From assembly GCF_036365525.1 (NCBI RefSeq), contig NW_027140453.1, positions 1,240,001 to 1,304,000 of the forward strand: DNA of 64,000 bases, written 5' to 3'. The DNA comes from Heterodontus francisci. Taxonomy: Eukaryota. The translations under genes and the position numbers were made by a program. This document shows positions 60,550-64,000 of this stretch, one piece after another. The first letter of the stretch is position 1. Every line of letters starts with the position of its first letter. A model generated the notes under the pieces. It was not told the DNA's origin, searched no databases, and saw nothing but the letters and a program-made list of their open reading frames with translations.

Positions 60550-60642
60550 CTAGAATTGAAAGGTTGATATTGTTTGGTGGTTTAAAATTCTCAAGACGGG
60601 TTTCATACTCATCCATATTGTCTTCATTTACTTTTCCTGCAG

Positions 60643-60993
60643 GCGAAAACGATACGATTAGGCCTGCCAAAGTTACTGTCTTTGAGCCCTCTCCCGAAGA
60701 GATTAGAGAAAAGAAAAAAGCCACTGTGGTCTGCCTCGTCAGCGACTTCTACCCCGACAACATCAAGATCCACTGGCTTGTCGATGGCAAGGAGAAAGAT
60801 GCCAATGACACGAACATTCATACTGATCTCAATGCCATCCTATCAAAAGAAAATACATCTTACAGCATCAGCAGCCGGCTGAGATTCGACGCCCTAGATT
60901 GGGCTCGGTCCAAGAACGTTGAGTGCAGAGTAGATCTCTACACTAACGAAACAGTGCCTACAACAAGCAGTTCAACATTAGCTGTCAAAGCAG
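60643..60993 (+). CDS. TRBC: TCR beta constant exon 1 (C1-set Ig domain)
   Basis: Acceptor TTTTCCTGCAG; PAKVTVFEPSPEEI..KKKATVVCLVSDFYPD..W.VDG..YSISSRLR..W..VECRV; donor GTAGGC. Confidence 0.97.
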
Positions 60994-61313
60994 GTAGGCA
61001 CACTAGTGAGACCAATACCATTTTGTTTCAGCTTCAAAGAAATCAGAAAGTTGCATTTATATAGCACCTGTGCTCTTATGAAAGTACGAATAAGCAAGTA
61101 GATGTGTCAGTAAGTCAATAAATAATTAAATAATTCATGAAATAGAACAATATTGTAGTGTAAAGGGGAAGATATGGTTAAACACTCGATTAAAATGACT
61201 CTCAATATATTAGACTACAGTGCGGGACTCAATTGTGATAATCTACATTTACACAGTGATTTCATAAAATATTCTGATGCTGAATGTTTATTGATTTTTC
61301 TTTCTTTTCCCAG

Positions 61314-61334
61314 AAATGTGCGGTCTAAGTAAAG
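61314..61334 (+). CDS. TRBC: TRBC exon 2 (hinge EMCGLSK with interchain Cys)
   Basis: Polypyrimidine tract plus CAG, 21-nt phase 1-1 exon, donor GTGAAT. Confidence 0.9.
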
Positions 61335-62695
61335 GTGAATATCTATCTGCTTCTATCTGTATCTGGTCTCCACACATTGTAAAGGAGGTGAAGGTCCTTG
61401 AGAGGGTGCAGAGGAGATTTACCCCAATGGTTCCAGAGATGAGGAATTTTAGCTACAAAGTTACATTGGAGAACCTGGGTTGTTCTCCTTGGAGAAAAGG
61501 AGATTGAGGGGCTATTTGACAGTGTTGTACAAGATTATGACAGGTTTACAATAGGTAGACAAAGAAAAGTTGTCCCCATGAGTTGCTGGCACAAGGTCTG
61601 GGGTGGGGGTCTCTGTCTGTTTTCAGGCTTTGGGAAAAAGATGCAGTGGGGGGTGGGGGGGGGGAGGATGTGAGGAAGAAGTGTTTTATGCAGCGAGTGG
61701 TAATGACCTGGAAGTCACTGTCTACGAGGGTGGTGGAAATGGAGATAATGAATGATTTCATAAGGGAACTGGACGGACTGTTGAGGGTAATTAACTTGCA
61801 GGGGAATGGAGATGGAAGGGGAGAGCTGGACTGATTGGATTGCTCTATAGAGATCCTGCATGGACTCGATGGGCCGAATGACCTCTTTCAGTGCTGTAAT
61901 GACTCCATGACTCAAAAAATATTCACCAATAATTCTGGAATTATTACTGTGTCAGACATTTCATGTATATACTCATTTCAACATTTCCAAGCTGTAGTTT
62001 TACAGTTATACATACTATCATGCACAACGAGTTGATGAGAAAACTCCTCTGGGAGGGAAAGGCCGTTGGAATTTCGAGACCAGCCTAGTCGAATGATATA
62101 ACCTCACGGTCCTCTTGGGTTCACGACCTCAGGGAAATATGTTGCCCTGTGATGAGGGAGAGGGGACGCCTGGGGATGGGAGGGGAGGGAGCTGTGTACA
62201 CCTGTCTTAAAACTTACAATTCCTTGGGAGTTCATAGTGTGAATCTGGCGTGGAGATAAGAGGGACAGTTCCACTTCCCAGAGGTTAAATTAGTTTAACA
62301 CATCATCTCAAAGAAGGTTCCTCCAAAGTTGCAGTGCAGCACACACGCTGTCTACTGGCACTGGGAGAGTCAGTCTGGATTATGGGGTTCATGTCTTTGG
62401 ACTGGGTCTTGAAGACAGGAGAGCGTTACCCACTCAGCTAGAGATGATACATACGTGAGCCATAGCTGACACATAAGTTACAGCGGCCCCAATTCAGATC
62501 GGCCATATTGCTGAACTCCATTTGGAGTAAGGAATACCCCAGGGCTCCTTGCGTCAAAGGGAGATCAGTTCTGCTTTCGCAGCTCGACCCTTACATTGGG
62601 CTGCTTCACTGACACACATGACATTTTCACGCAGTAGCATTTCTTGCCTTGAGAGAACAGAGAGTGCAACATTTTCTGTTACATTTATTTTACAG

Positions 62696-62802
62696 AGGCG
62701 AAAATCCAAAGCATGGCAACAGCAAAACTGACATACCTGATCCTCATCTGCAAAAGCATCTTTTATACAATTTTCATCTCAACAATTGCTTGGAAAACTA
62801 AG
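62696..62802 (+). CDS. TRBC: TRBC exon 3 (connecting peptide and transmembrane)
   Basis: EAKIQSMATAKLTYLILICKSIFYTIFISTIAWKTK, with the transmembrane Lys and two CART tyrosines; 107 nt; donor GTAAGA. Confidence 0.95.
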
Positions 62803-63747
62803 GTAAGATTAAAATTACTGAAGTTCTTAACATAGGTATTGTAATGATGAAACTGGGTAAAGAAGTTTCTCCTGAATTCCAGACTGAAATTACGAGTGAC
62901 TATCCGATATTCACGAGCCCTAGTTTTGCATTCCTATTGCACGCAGATGGAATACACCAATTCACTTTCCATTCATTCCTGCGCCCACAACACTAACCAA
63001 CCAATTTAATCCAGTTGAACACAATTGTCAATGTTCTGGAATTTCCCTTGGAAAATAATTGAACTTATTGTAACTTTACAAGACTTTATATGAAAGGTTA
63101 GGAATGCATGAGCAGGAAAGAGCATGTGCATGGTTCGTCTCGATTATTCATGCACATGATGATCTGCTCAGGACAGTGATGTCGAGTCATTGGAGAGGGT
63201 GAAGGGGCGATTTACTTGAACGGTAACAGTGTTGAGGGACCTCAGTGATGTGAGGAGAATACGGAAGTTGGGATTGTTCTCCTTGGATCAGGGAAGGTTA
63301 AGGAGAGATTTAATAGAGGTGTGCACAATGATGAAGGGTTTGGATAGGACAGCGAATGGGGTAACAGCTTCAAAGAGGCAGCAGGATTGCCCAACCAAGG
63401 ACACAGCTGTAAGGTGATTAGCCAAGGGAGCAGAGGGGCAGGTGAGAAATATATTTTGAGCCAGCGAGTTGTTGTGGTTGAGAATGCACTGGCTGAAAGG
63501 TCGGTGGAAGCTGATTCAGTAGTAACTTTCAAGAGGGAATTGGATGAATACTTGTTTGAGGGGGTTGAGGTAGTGGGGGAGGGAATAGTCTCAGGGCTAT
63601 AGGGGAAAGAACTGTGAAATGGGACTAATTGGACAGCTCTTTCAAAATGCCAGTATAGGCACGCGGGACGAATGGCCTCCTTCTGTTCTGTATCAGTCCA
63701 TAATTCCATGACGATAATAACGCCCTCTTTTTTTTATCATATACCAG

Positions 63748-63774
63748 ACGTCTTACAGCAAAAGGTTTGACTGA
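63748..63774 (+). CDS. TRBC: TRBC exon 4 (cytoplasmic tail TSYSKRFD*)
   Basis: T-rich tract then ATACCAG acceptor, phase 0, stop TGA at 63772-63774. Confidence 0.88.
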   Translation, partial: TSYSKRFD

Positions 63775-64000
63775 TCGTCGCAAATTAATTAACTCAAAAG
63801 ATGGATAAGCAGCAGAACACACGAGGGAGCAAGGGGAGAGAAAATACGATTATTGTGAATATCTCGGGGGTGAATTTCGTCTAAACCACTCCCGCTGTAC
63901 TCGCGTAACTTTGGCGGACAACCCTAAATACCCATCACCACTGCGGGAAACGAACAGAGGAAATTTTAAGCCCCAGTCTGTCTTTTCCACTCGAATAAGT

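Overview
Eukaryotic genomic DNA from a cartilaginous fish (shark), rich in CR1-clade LINEs and HE1/Deu-type SINEs. It contains the 3' half of a T-cell receptor beta (TRB) locus, all on the + strand. In order: an orphan V leader; two closely related V genes with 23-RSS; about 9 kb of repeat-rich spacer with a strong CTCF-like site; a ~13.3 kb array of a 44-bp unit; D1 with 9 J-like segments; D2 with 18 J-like segments; and one 4-exon C-beta gene. I count 27 J-like segments, 18 of which have an intact FGXG motif, a recognisable 12-RSS and a GT donor. From memory the C-beta peptide looks like horn shark (Heterodontus francisci) TCR-beta; this is recall and needs a BLAST check. Main points of interest: (1) D-J duplication without C duplication; (2) a LINE-tail-derived satellite with higher-order structure that sits between D1 and its candidate promoter, while the D2 paralogue has only ~4 units; (3) a divergent D1 beside the ultraconserved GGGACAGGGGG-type D2; (4) a relic J that reads in frame into C exon 1; (5) a young CR1 LINE whose ATG-less ORF2 is in the -1 frame at a U_UUA_AAC slippery site. 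Coordinates were counted by hand and may be off by a base or two.
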